Shown here piece after piece: positions 37,701 to 50,983 of a stretch of DNA of 64,000 nucleotides (position 1 is its first letter; each line of letters opens with the position of its first letter). The notes below the pieces were generated by a model. It ran no database searches and had not been told where the DNA came from. It saw only the letters and a program-made list of their open reading frames with translations. Location of the stretch: positions 15,438,001-15,502,000 of the forward strand of contig CP075495.1 in the NCBI GenBank assembly GCA_021613535.1, written 5' to 3'. Made by a program: the position numbers and the translations under genes. Origin of the DNA: Adineta vaga (Eukaryota; Animalia; Rotifera).

Positions 37701-38283
37701 TTCGTTTTCTTTTTTTGTTATTGATTAATTTATCTCTCGGAACATATCGTTTTCCTAATAGCTAAATACGATCTTAAGGGTGTAGGATGGATATGATACG
37801 TACACCTACATCCTAGAAAAATAGCAATTCAAATAAATCATCTAACCCATCAACTAATGTCAGTTTTCTACTTAATCTGATTGAGTAATATTTTTCCATT
37901 AAATTATCTTTTAAGCAACGATAAACTCGGTCATGACAGTTGTAATCAATCTTCTATCTATTGTTTTTATTTGAAATATGATATTTAATATCTCAATTAT
38001 AAGAACAAATAAAATACGTAAAAGATAAATTCATTTGTATTGCAAACAATGAAAAATATATATTCTCGATTTTATTCAAGTCATAATAGAATAACTTCGT
38101 CTGTTAAAATTTAGGATCAAATAAAATCTATTAGTATTCATTCTCTTTTATTAAAGATGAAAAGAATGTTTAATTAGATTTAAAATAGAAATAAATAAAG
38201 TATCACGTCTTTTCTTTAATCATTTTTGCCGAGAATAAAAATTGATTCTAAGATTATTTGAGTCAAATTTTTGGTTAAGAAAC

Positions 38284-39314
38284 ATGTCTACAACAGTCTT
38301 ATCATCAACAATTATTCTAAATCCTAATATAATAACAAATTATTTTGGTTCATTTATTTTTATATTTGGTGTTATTGGTGAACTTTTAAATATTATTGTT
38401 TTTCTTAGTCTTAAAACATTTCGAGAAAGTTCATGTGCATTTTATTTAACATTAGCATCATTTTTTAAAATAATTCAAATCTTTATTGGTCTCATGTCTC
38501 GTGTTGTTACAAGTATAACAGCTATTGATTGGACAGCAATATCACCATTTTATTGTAAATTTCGAGGATATTTTGCAGAATTTTCTCCATTATATATTTT
38601 AAGTTTGGCTTGTCTAGCAGTAATTGATCAATTTTTTGCTACATCATCTCATCCTCGATGGCAACAATGGTGTAATATCAAAGTGGCTTATCGATTATCA
38701 TTTATATTGATTATATTTAGTCTTTTAGCTTCTATTCCTCATGGAATATTTTTTGTTTTAGTTAAATCATCTGTAACTAATCGAAGTGCTTGTGTTATAA
38801 GTGATTCAAATTTTAATTATTATAATCTAAATGTTAATTTACCAACTTTCTTTGGACCACTTCCTATTTTCATAACAATTATATTTGCTTTATTAACATA
38901 TCGTCATGTACAACAATTAGCTTATCGTACTCTTCCACTTGTTCGTCGTCGACTTGATCAACAATTAACAACAATGGTTCTTACACAAACTATTTTTAAT
39001 TCTTTAGTTATTATTTTATATGTTGTTGCTGTTCTTATAACTAGTCATACAACTCTTCTCATTGATCCATCAACTGCTAATCAAACACTATTTATTTTTA
39101 CTACTATTGCTATTATTTATTATCTCTATCCAACAGTAAGTAAAAACGATATGTGACAAAAAATAAGTCATTGTTTATTTTCATTTAGAGTTCATTCTAT
39201 ATTTATATATGTACATCGGAAAGATTTCGTCATCAATTACGTTATGTTTTAATTGATATTCATTTAAATCGTTGGAGACGTCGACAAATTCATCCTATTA
39301 ATCATATCGTATAA
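38284..39314 (+). CDS. Rhodopsin-like GPCR, 2 exons
   Basis: GELLN, SSCAFYL, CKFR and IDQF motifs. Intron 39136-39188 is followed by FYIYICTSERFR. Confidence 0.88.
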
Positions 39315-39864
39315 AGTAAACCAGAGAAAAATGAAATACGAATCTATTCTTCATGATGATAGACAAAATAGAGTATATATTAATCCCTTATTTAAAAATC
39401 TTTCATTTTACATTATATGTTCTTTCAACCGTAAAATCTCTTTTTAGAGTTTCATTTTAATTATCTCAGACAACATCATATTCAATCTTAATTGACATAA
39501 TTAATCGTAGATATATGTCAAGGTCAAATTGTTTAGATTTGATGCATGTTGAATCATTCATATATCTATTGATTTTTCTATTTGCTTGTGAACTTTTGGG
39601 TATCTTGAAAAGAGTACATTGATCTTTGCCTTATTTGTTATTTTGAACGATGTAACAAGTAAATATTAATAAACTTTTATTACCGTTGAAAGACAAACAA
39701 TTCGATTATTCATTTGGAATATACGATCAATAAGAATCAAAGAATTAGTTTAGTCTTAACAAAAATATAGAAAATATATTTGATCAAACACGACCCTTTT
39801 CAACAGTTAGCAAACAGAAAGAAAATTTTCTAGTTATCTACTATTCTCATCAAAGAAATTTCAG

Positions 39865-41064
39865 ATGAGTTCTGAGCTTTCTCAAATGATCATTATTATT
39901 ATTTTCTTCTTATCTCTTCTACAAATCAATGGTACAAATATTCCTTTTATCAATAATACAATTCTCACTCCTATTAAATTTCCATTCTCATCATCATCAT
40001 ATTTTCAATTAACAAATATTACTTGTCAACAATGTCTTTGTTTTGGAATAAACAATTCTTCTCTTCTTGCATTGAATTGTTATTCATTTAATCTTACATG
40101 TCAATTTTATCTTCAATATCCTCGAGCATATCAAATACAATCAATAAATAATTCTCGTCTATATTTTCTTCAAAATATCTTTCCAAACAAAAGTAATCCT
40201 TGTTGTTTATCAAATACAACATTCTTATTGGATAAACTTCGATTAGCATTGAATTCAAGTATTACAAGCGTTATCAACAGACCTCGTTGTCTTTTACTCG
40301 ATGATGACAATCTTGTTGCTACTATCGAGGAAGGAAATGTTAATTCATATTATTTTACTCGATTCGATCCAGTTAGTTTGGTTGTTCAACAACGTAAATT
40401 ATTAAATGCAAAACCAGCGAGTCTTCTTTATCGTAATTCCAAATATTTCATCAGTTGGGATGATCTGAACATTATAAATGTTTATAACATTACTAATGGA
40501 AATAGTTCTTTACAATTCCTAAATAATATAACTGCATCACCTATGAACATGGCTGCGATTCGTGAAATGATTTTCTTAAATAGTGGTCAAACAATGGTAG
40601 TTGCATCTGCAGGAAATAATCTTCTATTTTTCTATTCATTGATTTATGATTCATTCTACAATATGACATCATATATTTCGGTTACGTATGGTGGTCCACA
40701 TGGATTATATGGTATCAATGATACAAGTTTCTATGCCATTCCATGGAATAATCCTGTTGTATATCAACATACTTATGATTGAACAAGTTCGAATTGGACA
40801 CAAAAGATCTTTGCAAATACGACGATAAAAAGAACTATTTATGGATCTCATATAACAATTGATGATTGTAATCGACGATGGATAACTTTATATAATTATG
40901 GAATTAAAATTTATGATGAAAATGGAATTTCTTTAGGAAATTTGATTTCAAATGTACCCTATTTTGATACACTTATTCTTGATAATTATGTTCTTATAAT
41001 ATCAAGTTTGGGTTCTTCTATAATAACACGAATTGATCCACAAATTCAATGTGATTCAAATTAA
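39865..41064 (+). pseudogene. Secreted Cys-rich (PAN/apple-like) + beta-propeller-like protein with one in-frame TGA at 40780-40782
   Basis: Signal peptide, TCQQCLC and C.F segment. The frame stays open for 93 codons after the TGA (...SHITIDDCNRRW...RIDPQIQCDSN*). Confidence 0.65.
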
Positions 41065-41356
41065 ACGATAGATATTGAATCGCTTTGTTTGTTGTTGATT
41101 TAACTGATTATCTATCACTTAAACAATTGTATTTCAGAATGTCAATAAAGAAACGAAATAACACAGTACATTATCGATCATTGATTTCTGTCTATTCATT
41201 CGCATATGTATTTGTTAATATTATTTTTTCTATTAAATTCATTGAACAGTTGAACGTGAATTACAATGGACATCATAAATTCATATGAATATAATGCGTG
41301 TTGTTCTTCACGTTCGTTTTTTTTTTTATTTCAAAAATCATAATTAAATCTTTCGA

Positions 41357-42370
41357 TTATTTAATTAATTGTATATTTTCTTGAGGAATAATAATTTCCA
41401 TACGATTAAATATAAAATCATTTGATTGTTTTGATTTTTTCCAACAACAAATTCGATCTTTGACTGTCTGACGAAAACGAGTTGATAAAATAAAAAACAT
41501 ATAAAAATTTCCCTAAAAAGAAAATTCAATAAAATAATTCCAAAGAAAAAAATTTCAACATACGACAAAATAAAAATAGGAGATAAGACCAACAATTGTT
41601 GAAAGAAAATATTCAATCATTTGTCTATTAAAATGTTTTATCTGTCCAATTGTAATTGTCATATATGCATTTAATATTCCATAAGGAGTAACACTAATAA
41701 TAACAAGTAATACTTGTATTAAAATCATTTGAGTTAATTGACGATCAATTTTTTGTTTAACAAGAAATATTGTTTGACGAATATTTCGATATGATAAATA
41801 TCCAAAAAGAATCATTATAAAAATTGGAATTATACATAGAAGAATAAAGATATTAATTGATAAATATTTTCGATAGGATATATTTGTATTTTTACATATT
41901 TTATCATTTGTAGAAATATCAAAATAGAAATAATATGGAATTCCATGTATACACCATAGAATACTCATTAATAAAAGAATTCGATGTGTCCATTGAATAT
42001 TACTTAATTTTCGACAATGACTATTTAATGATGTTAACAAATATTGATCAATTGCAGATAAACATGAACAAGTAAATGATATTAAAGTTAAAGTTGTTAT
42101 ACAAAATGATCGAGTTTTACACCAAAGACGAGATGTACGTGTATAATCAATTCCATAACCATCACTTAAAATACGACTAAAAAGATTAATTAATAAATAA
42201 ATAAGATTAATTATTGAATTAATAAGAAAACAAAATGTACATGGTTTTCTACGATAAATTTGAAATGAAGAAAAAATAAGAATATTTATAAGATTACCGA
42301 GAATACCGGCAATAGCAAGAATAAAACCACCATAAATTGTTAATTGTTGACTAATATCTAATAATGACAT
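41357..42370 (-). CDS. Rhodopsin-like GPCR, 2 exons
   Basis: GNLIN, WCKTR, IDQY and DRQLT motifs. Intron 41563-41513 lies at the same TM7 position as in the 38284 GPCR. Confidence 0.88.
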
Positions 42371-42788
42371 TGTGAATTGGGGAAAAACTATGAAGAAAAT
42401 CAGAAAGATTAAATAGATTTTCTCCAAAATGATATCATGAAATAATTCTTTTTTTTACTATAATATCTATCATGCATTCAATTTAGAAAGGAAAACAATT
42501 CTATTTCTAGTCTTGATAATTTTCTTCTCACTAGTTTCAGTACTTTTTCTTTAATTATACACAAAGAACATAATTCTCAGTAATTGGATATCCGTTTGTC
42601 TAACCATTGACGTCATAAGAAGATTGTGTGAGAATAATATTCTTTGCAATGTGTTATGTAATTTCATTTTTGTTGCTGATTGTGATAATCAACGAGAACA
42701 TGATACAATATGAATTTGTATATAACGAGTGTACCATAAAGAATGAAGATTTCCGGTGTTTTGACTATGGTTTATTTTGGTTTTGAAT

Positions 42789-43208
42789 TTTCAAGCTGAT
42801 TCTTGTATCGAAAGATGTATCGTTAGAATGTTTATGTCGCTTTGTTTTTATGAACTATAGTAGATTGAAAAGATGTAGCGTGAAAAGCTCTACAAGGTGC
42901 ATATAAAATAGACAATATCTTGTCCGACGAATTTTGAATTAGATCAGTTTTGGTCTGATGGAATTTTATTTATTTTAAAAATAGAAGATGTATAATATAA
43001 GATAAATTGTTCATTGTATCTTTTCAATGTATTAGTTCCTAAAAACAAAGTGACATAAACATTTTTTACATTTGAAAGTTGGGTACTTTTTATATGTTAG
43101 ATAATCTTTTCTAAATTTGTTTACCAATTCATTTTATAAACAAGCTTAATGAGCATTTTTTGTAGAGAATTTAACGACACATCTTTCGGTACAAGGATCA
43201 GCTTGAAA
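42789..43208. mobile_element. Non-autonomous DNA transposon (MITE-like) with inverted repeats
   Basis: 37-bp inverted repeats at 42789-42825 and 43172-43208 with 3 mismatches. The true ends probably extend further. Confidence 0.65.
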
Positions 43209-43581
43209 TGCACGCGTTAAAATGAAATACAGATCATCAGCGTTCATTTGGAAAATATTATAAGAGTATTATATAGTTGATCATTATCCCCATGATAATT
43301 ATATTCCATTTGCAATTTATTCATAATACAGAACGAGTTCCGGATAAATAAAACTAATTTCTATTCATAAACTCGTTCGATTCTATTCCTTTGAATTAAA
43401 GATTTGTTTTTTGTATCTAATTTTCTACGATTATATTTATTGAGGAGAAGAGACATAGTAAAAATGAACATTGTTATTGGTAAGATTTTTATTGATTTAA
43501 GAAAAAGGAAAATTTCATTGTGACATATTTGATATGAAAAGAAATCAAGTATTGAATTTTGATTGATATTAAACAAATGAA

Positions 43582-45036
43582 TTATTTCAAGAATGGATTT
43601 GTACGTGCAAATTCAATATTTAAATCAATTTTAACAAATTGTCGTTGATAAGCTTCCAATGGACCTGTTTCATTGGTACCACGAGCATTTGATACATACA
43701 TAATTGTATCTGTAAGATCATATAAAGCAACATGTAAATCACCTGTTTTAGCAACTGATGTAATATTTTGAATGGTTGATTGAGGTGTAACTTTTCCATA
43801 TTGATAAAAAATTTGTTTATATAATTTATATTGACGAGATGGACATAACCAATCCATTCCAAGATAAACAGCATTTGTTAAACGTGGATGCCATTCAGCT
43901 AATGGTTGTAAATTTTCATCATCAAAAAAGTTTACACGTGAATGTGCATATTGAATCATTCGAGCTGTACCTAATTTACCATCAGCAACAGCTAAAACTA
44001 AACGACATGTTCGTTTAACATTAGCAATAAATGAAAGAGCATCATCAAGTGTTTGAGAATATTGTAAAATATATCGTTCAACAAAAATAAATGGAAGACC
44101 ACTCATACTTTCATCACCAAATGTATCATCAGAAAAATAAATTCCTATTTCTGATATACCCATTTGTGTCGAAGACATTCCAGTTAATGTACCAATATAA
44201 CCTTAAAAAGAAAGTTATTCTAAAATATAAAATAATCAAATCATGTAGTTATTATTACCAGCCCATGCTACATTAGCAAAAGCATGACCAAGTTTAGTTG
44301 AACGAGGATGATAGATTGTAACTACTGGATAATCTTGTAAACCACCTTTTGTATCCCAATCTAATGCACGTAATTGAAGAGTTTTTCCACCAAGTGTTGC
44401 ATTACCCCATAAACCATAAAGTGAACATCGACCTATATTAGTTAATAGAAAATAAAAATATCGTATTATACAAAATATATATATACCTCGTGTAATCTCT
44501 CCAAGCATATGTAAACGTCGAATAGAATAATAATTAACATTTGCCGCATCAGCAATTCCACGCATTTCTGCATAAATTTCTTCATCAATATATTTTTCAA
44601 CTAATGTATTTTGAAAATCTAATGCAAAAGCAAGACCTTTACTGACAACTAAATCTTCAAACCATTTCGGTAATTTTAATTGATCTAATTCATCAATAAT
44701 TCGTTGTTCAAAATGAGCCCAAGCACGTGGAAGAAGTTGAATAATTTGTTCTTTTAAAAGTGTTCCATAAGCAAAACCATAATCATAACCATTTGAACCC
44801 CAAACATGAACTAACCAAACTTGATCATCACCACTTCCAATACTATAAATCGATCCATTTTCAATTGTACGTAGAAGTTTAGCTGGACTATCATCAATTG
44901 GAATTAAATTTGGAACACCAAGTGATGAATCATTTGAACAAAATGCACCAAGATTTTTTAATTCAAATGTTGAACTTAACTGAATAAAAGTTAAGAATAC
45001 AATTGAAAGAAAAGCAAAACAAGTATGATAAAGCAT
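43582..45036 (-). CDS. Secreted Ntn-hydrolase (acid ceramidase-like / peptidase C45-like), 3 exons
   Basis: YGFAYGTLL, EMRGIADA, G|RCS (putative nucleophile Cys) and RALDW motifs. Introns at 44486-44433 and about 44258-44202. Confidence 0.82.
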
Positions 45037-45325
45037 CGTTTCAAATTCGTATGAAAGATGAAAATAACATGTTTTATCATAGATAAGAATCTTCTATACA
45101 CATAGAATTGTGTCATCATTTGTTTGAATAGAAAATGTTTTAGTCAAAAAAAATTTCTTATTTTAATAATTAATCTTTAGTTATCGAACTATAACATATA
45201 ACTATAGCCAATGAAGAGAAAAAGAACATTTGATTAAATGACTCATGTTATTGCGAAAGTATTGCGTAAGACGAAATTTTATTTCTCTGGGTTTATTGCT
45301 TTTCTTTTCATCAAAAAAAAACAAA

Positions 45326-46279
45326 ATGCTACGACGAGTAAATTTTTGGAAAGAAGAAAGTGAAGCTCCACTTTTACGTTTAAATCATTCGTTTTTACCA
45401 TCGGAAGAAATTCTTCAGAAAATTGAAGATAATGATGAAATTGATTTCGTTACAAATTTTAATCATGAACGAATTATTCGTCTCGATGCTGAACGAACAT
45501 TTTTAGGTGTCAATCAACGAACAACATTAATGGATGTTCTTTCATTTCTTCAAAATGAATTTAAATCTTATCATCAAGCAATGTCATATGTCGCAGGTTT
45601 TCTTCTACTAACTCATTCACCAATTAAAGTAATCGATATTATGCGTCAACTTCATCGAAAGATACTCGTTGGTTATTGGACTGAAGAACCTATTGCATTC
45701 GCAACTGATGCTTATGTTTTTGATTATCTTCTTGCTGATTTTTATCCAGATATTCATCAACATCTTTCGAAATCTTTTATTCTTCCTGAAACTTATGCAC
45801 AAAAATGGTTTACAACTTTATGTGTCAATGTTCTTCCATTCAAAGCACTTTTTCTATTCTTTGAAATATTTCGTACACAATCTTTATTAACATCATCAAA
45901 TACTTTTCTTTTTCAATTTGCATTAAGTTTAATGAAACATATTCGTGAAGGAATACTTCAAACAAAGAATATTGCTGTTATTTATCAACATCTACGATTA
46001 GATTCATCATTACCACAATTCAATACGAAATTCGATGAATTAACTGTGTCAATTGTTGAAGAAGCAAAAGATTATGATTTAACATCATATGATTTTGTTA
46101 AGTTACGTGAAAAAGCTTTCAATGAAAAATTACGATCACGATTAGAAGCAGCAAAACGAGCTCATGACGAGAAGAAAAATGATCAAACTTCTTGTATTAC
46201 TTCATCGTCATCTGATGATGATGATGATACGGACGATGAAACACTTGCTTCTCATATGGAACAATTACGTATTGAATAA
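45326..46279 (+). CDS. TBC-domain Rab GTPase-activating protein
   Basis: IRLDAERTF (IxxDxxR), YHQAMS (YxQ) and KWF motifs. Confidence 0.9.
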   Translation: MLRRVNFWKEESEAPLLRLNHSFLPSEEILQKIEDNDEIDFVTNFNHERIIRLDAERTFLGVNQRTTLMDVLSFLQNEFKSYHQAMSYVAGFLLLTHSPIKVIDIMRQLHRKILVGYWTEEPIAFATDAYVFDYLLADFYPDIHQHLSKSFILPETYAQKWFTTLCVNVLPFKALFLFFEIFRTQSLLTSSNTFLFQFALSLMKHIREGILQTKNIAVIYQHLRLDSSLPQFNTKFDELTVSIVEEAKDYDLTSYDFVKLREKAFNEKLRSRLEAAKRAHDEKKNDQTSCITSSSSDDDDDTDDETLASHMEQLRIE

Positions 46280-46942
46280 AATTTATTTAAACTATACTAG
46301 AATAATTAGTTATTTGATTATTAATATAATAAGATTCTTCTTCATTATCAAACATCATGCCAAGAAGATTTACGCTCGCAATGACTGTTTGTCCACGTTG
46401 CGTACCACCTAAGATTCATCGTTATAGACGATTAAACGTATCTGTTATAAAAATATACTTTGATTATTATCGATAACTATTACAATAGGAATATTATCAT
46501 AACATTTCGGTAATAAAAATAAAAAGAAATTGTAGAAAACTATGAATTACATGATAATAAATAGGAAATAATTGTTTAATATGTTTTTTTTTCAAATCAT
46601 TCTTTATTTTGAAATGATATAAAATCAATGAAACTTTTTTTCTCTTATTTAACTGTATATTATATTATTATACTGTTATCTAGAACAAATCTCTCATTCT
46701 TTACGTGTACATATCTTTAATATCAAAATAATTTGATAAAAAAATCGATATCCTTTTTTTCTATTCGTAATCAAAAAATTGTATTTAGAAAATGTTCGAT
46801 GATGATAGATATGTATTATATGAAATGATAGATTTGATTTTTGTTAAAGGTTAATAACCTTTTCGCCTCAATCGAAACGAACATATTATTCTTCTTTCTT
46901 TTTTTCATTTCATTAACTTACTTAATATTTCTTTGATACAAT

Positions 46943-47767
46943 ATGAGTGATGCTTATAATATCTCTGAAACATTGGAACATTTATCAAATATTGGAATTA
47001 AAAAATCTAAACAAAAAATCGATCATTTAATAATAAAATCATTTCTAGCAGGTATTTTACTTTCTTTTGGTGGTTTATTTTTATTAACTATCGGTGGTGG
47101 AAGTCTTCCATTAAAAGAACAATTTGGTTCAAGTATTCATAAAACAATTCAAGCTTTTGTATTTCCCATTGGTCTTGTTTTGGTTATTCTTACGGGTGCT
47201 GATTTATTCACCAGTAATACGATGATCTTAACCATATCAACATTAAATAAAAAGACAACATGGCTTCAACTTCTTATTTCATGGTCAATCTCATATATTG
47301 GAAATCTTATAGGTTGTCTATTTTTTCAATTTATTCTTGTTTATTATGCAGGTCTTCTTTCATCGGATCCTTATCGTTCATTTTCAATACAATATACGGA
47401 AGCGAAAGGTAATACACCATGGTATCAAATGTTTCTAAGAGGTATTGGAGGAAATTGGTTGGTTTGTCTTGCATTCTGTTTAAGTACAAGTGCACGTGAT
47501 ATTAATTCAAAAATTGTTGCGATATTTTTACCTATTTGTTTGTTTATTGCTGTTGGATTTGAACATTCAATTGCAAATATGTTTACTGTTCAAATGGGTA
47601 TGTTACTTGGTGCAAATGTTTCAATTGGACAATATATTTTAGTTGTTTTATTACCAGTTACATTTGGGAATATTATTGGCGGAGGATTTTTTGTCGGAGG
47701 TTTATATTGGTATTTATATTTAGCAAAACAACAACAACCAAAAGATAATCCTATTGTCGATGTATAA
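46943..47767 (+). CDS. Formate/nitrite transporter (FNT family), copy 1
   Basis: FPIGLVLVILTGADLFTSN, GIGGNWLVCLA, GFEHSIANM and GNIIGG motifs. Confidence 0.95.
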   Translation: MSDAYNISETLEHLSNIGIKKSKQKIDHLIIKSFLAGILLSFGGLFLLTIGGGSLPLKEQFGSSIHKTIQAFVFPIGLVLVILTGADLFTSNTMILTISTLNKKTTWLQLLISWSISYIGNLIGCLFFQFILVYYAGLLSSDPYRSFSIQYTEAKGNTPWYQMFLRGIGGNWLVCLAFCLSTSARDINSKIVAIFLPICLFIAVGFEHSIANMFTVQMGMLLGANVSIGQYILVVLLPVTFGNIIGGGFFVGGLYWYLYLAKQQQPKDNPIVDV

Positions 47768-48039
47768 ATATACACTTATCAAAAGATCTAAAATAATATA
47801 TTGGTTTTGTTCGATCTTGATCTAATTTAATTATTCAAAAAATAAAAAACTATTTCAAATGAGTTTTAAGCATATTGTGCATTTCTTTCTTTTTAGTTTT
47901 TAAATAAATATAAAATCAGACTTGATATATATTCGGATATAGAATCGATGGAATTCTCTTATCTTATGTTAAGAAATGTCTCAATGGATATTTTTATTCT
48001 TAATTTGTTGTCTAATAAATTAGGAAACGCAATTGATTT

Positions 48040-48189
48040 ATACACGGTGTTTTATAAATAACACCCAGATAAGTAATTTAAATATCTCCGCTATAGATGT
48101 CGGTTGAATGAGCTGATCTTTTTATCTGTGATCAAGGCTTACTTAAAAATTTTTGTTATAAAAAAAGCCATGAACAAAATCGAACGTCC
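48040..48189. mobile_element. Truncated Tc1/mariner-like end fragment
   Basis: Starts with the TA-preceded tacacggtg terminus typical of Tc1/mariner ends and abuts the adjacent MITE. Confidence 0.35.
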
Positions 48190-48191
48190 TA

Positions 48192-48667
48192 TAAAGGGCG
48201 TCCCAGAAGTTCTGAGGAAATTTTAAGATTCATCGTTCTCGTCGTCGGTAAAAGCAAACTCTTTTAAACTTTCACAGATTATTGTACATAGTTATAGTGC
48301 TATCTGGCTATAAAGTTTCAGATCTATAGCTTGTATTATGGATGGGAATCAATAACTACGTTGTCATGTCATTAACATCAGTCAATAGGAATTGGTTGCT
48401 GCAATTCTGTAGCGCTTTTCAAAGCACATCTGTCAAAAAAGTTTTTAGATCTTATCATTTACGGAAGCCAAAATACAGGGAAAATAAACGAATGAAAACT
48501 CGAAAATTTTCAGAAAATAGTACATGACAACGTTGTTATTGATTCCCATCCATAATACAAGCTATAGATCCGAAACTTTATATGTGTAAGTTTCAAACAG
48601 TTTGCTTTTATCGACGACGAGGACGATAAATCTTAAAATTTCCTCGGAACTTCTGAGACACCCTTTA
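48192..48667. mobile_element. Tc1/mariner-type MITE with long TIRs and TA flanks
   Basis: TA|taaagggcgtcccagaagttctgagg...gaatcaataac is inverted to gttattgattccc...gaacttctgagacacccttta|TA. Arms exceed 130 bp. Confidence 0.8.
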
Positions 48668-48810
48668 TATATATATATATTAAGACCAACAGAAACGAGA
48701 CGAACGTCATCTTCCAATTTAATAAAGATATTATTAATAATAAACCATCACCCTCAATCCCGAATAATTTATTTTTTAACATGTTTGATTTAACCAAATA
48801 TTGATAAAAA

Positions 48811-50476
48811 TCATGAAATTTTTGCTTGGGGAAAATATTGACCTAGATCGTCAGTAATTTCACATTCACGAAATAGAACTAATCGATGTCGTTTTGAACA
48901 ATTTGTTCGCATTGTTTGTCGTATAAAATTTCTTGTTGCTTTCTTCAGTACTTGATAATCGATCATAAGATAAACATTATTTGGTAAACAAGTGTTCGTA
49001 TCAATAAGAAATTGTTCGAGATAATCTTCATGAACTTCAACAAGATCAAGACAAAAAAGATGTGGATATTCAATGAGTAATAAATTTTCATTCTTGTCAT
49101 TTTGTGCTTTACCATTAATCAAAGTTAATTTTTCCATCAATGGAAATGATTGAGAAATTTGAAAGAAAAACTTATGATCAAAAGGTCGTTCGTCAAGTAA
49201 GGATATTTCACGTACATATTTGAACATTCCACCTCGAAAATTATTTATTCTATGGTTTTCTTTCTGTTCATATGGATAGGAATAAATATGACATTCACCT
49301 CGTCCAAGCTCGTGAAAATAGTCGATACAAGAGATAATTTGATTATTTAGAAAATCATCAAATGTATTTTGAATATCTTCATTGGATAATAATATTACTC
49401 AATTTTTAAGCCAAAAACCTGAACAAATATCAAATTTAAAATGATTTAGTTGTGACATTTGATTAATAATATTTTTTTTTCAAATTATTTCCATGAATAA
49501 ATGTGTTTTTGTAACAAATTCGGAGATATAAATGAAGTCTTTTTAAATTTAACATTCGAAGCAACAGTGGAATTACTAATTCATCATAGCCACTTGAATC
49601 TTGATCACGACATAATGAAAAACGTTCTAAGTGAGGTAAATTTTCCTAGAAAAAGAATTCTATTTAAATTACTTCGATATTAACTAAAATAATCTACCGT
49701 ATTATTGATTAATTGACGTGAAAAACGACGAATGAGAACAGTGTTAACATGAAATATTCGAAGTTGAGGAAAACATCCATCAAGTAGATAAAGACAATCG
49801 AAGAAAGATTGCACATTGACATGTAGTTCTGTAAGAGTTGAACAATTCAAAATTTGAAGATAACGTTTCAAATGATAGACATTGAACATAGTTTGAAAAT
49901 GATTGGAAGTTTAAATACTTTAGATTGGTGAACATATTAATGATATCTGCAAATATAATTGTATTTTCATCTTTTGTTAAAATCCCTTTCTCATTTTTAC
50001 GGATATGAACACTAAGTGATGTTATTTGATTTTGAAATAACATCCGTCAAATTAGTTTCATCTGAAAATATAAATACAAAATAATGAAAATTAAATTTGA
50101 ATACCTATCGTACCAGTAAACAGATGCTTTGCTTTTGCTTTTTCAAGATTATATAATCCAAGTCCATACAGATTAGGATAATTTATGCAAAGGATACGTT
50201 CCATACTTGATGATTCCACGTCCAGCCATTGGATTTTATGATGAATCAAAGGTAAAATTTGTAAAATAAAACGATCAAGTAGTATAGCAGATAATGGATG
50301 AATTGAATTATCGGAGAAACGTTTCATCAAGGATAAATGACTTGTAAAAGCTGAATCATGTGCAAATGTATTGAGTCTTTTATTAACATTTAACAAAGAA
50401 AAGAGTACCTCATCATTGGGCAAATTATTGCAAATAATCGTAAAATTTCATCAGGCAAATCATTCAATTGAACCAT
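48811..50476 (-). pseudogene. F-box/LRR pseudogene, copy A
   Basis: LNDLPDEI F-box followed by a frameshift, with further frameshifts and a TGA in later exons. LRR-like C-terminus (DERPFDHKFF...SFPLMEKL). Confidence 0.85.
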
Positions 50477-50574
50477 TGAGTGTGCTATTATTACTTTCAC
50501 CACTCTTGATTTGCTCGCCACTTTGAAACGTGATCATTTATATTGTTTATATTCATTTTCTCTATTTAACCTTA

Positions 50575-50750
50575 GGCCGAAAACAGACAGAAAAACTGAA
50601 TTAAGTTCAAATTGAATGGGACGTCCGATTGGGTCATTATCGTCTTGAATTACGTTGAATCATCTTTTTTAGATGATTTAAGACCAAAACGCAATTGTAT
50701 TGGTTGATTCAATTTTAAATTTAATTCACTTTTTCTGTCTGTTTTCGGCC
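50575..50750. mobile_element. PIF/Harbinger (Tourist-like) MITE, copy 1
   Basis: About 44-bp TIRs GGCCGAAAACAGACAGAAAAA...TTTTTCTGTCTGTTTTCGGCC, flanked by TTA and TTT. Confidence 0.8.
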
Positions 50751-50983
50751 TTTCTGTTCAAATGGAAATGTTACTTGGTGCAAATGTTTCAATTGGACAA
50801 TATATTTTAGTTATTTTATTACCAGTTACATTTGGGAATATTATTAGCGGAGGATTTTTTGTCGGAGGTTTACATTGGTATTTGTATTTAGCGAAAAGGT
50901 CAAATGAAAATATTGATATTGAGGTCCAATTACCAGAAGCAACTGTTTACCACAGTGTAAAACAACATAACGATGCTGTTTGA
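50751..50983 (+). pseudogene. 3' fragment of an FNT gene
   Basis: Homology to the FNT genes starts abruptly at the MITE end (VQM.MLLGANVSIG...). Confidence 0.85.
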
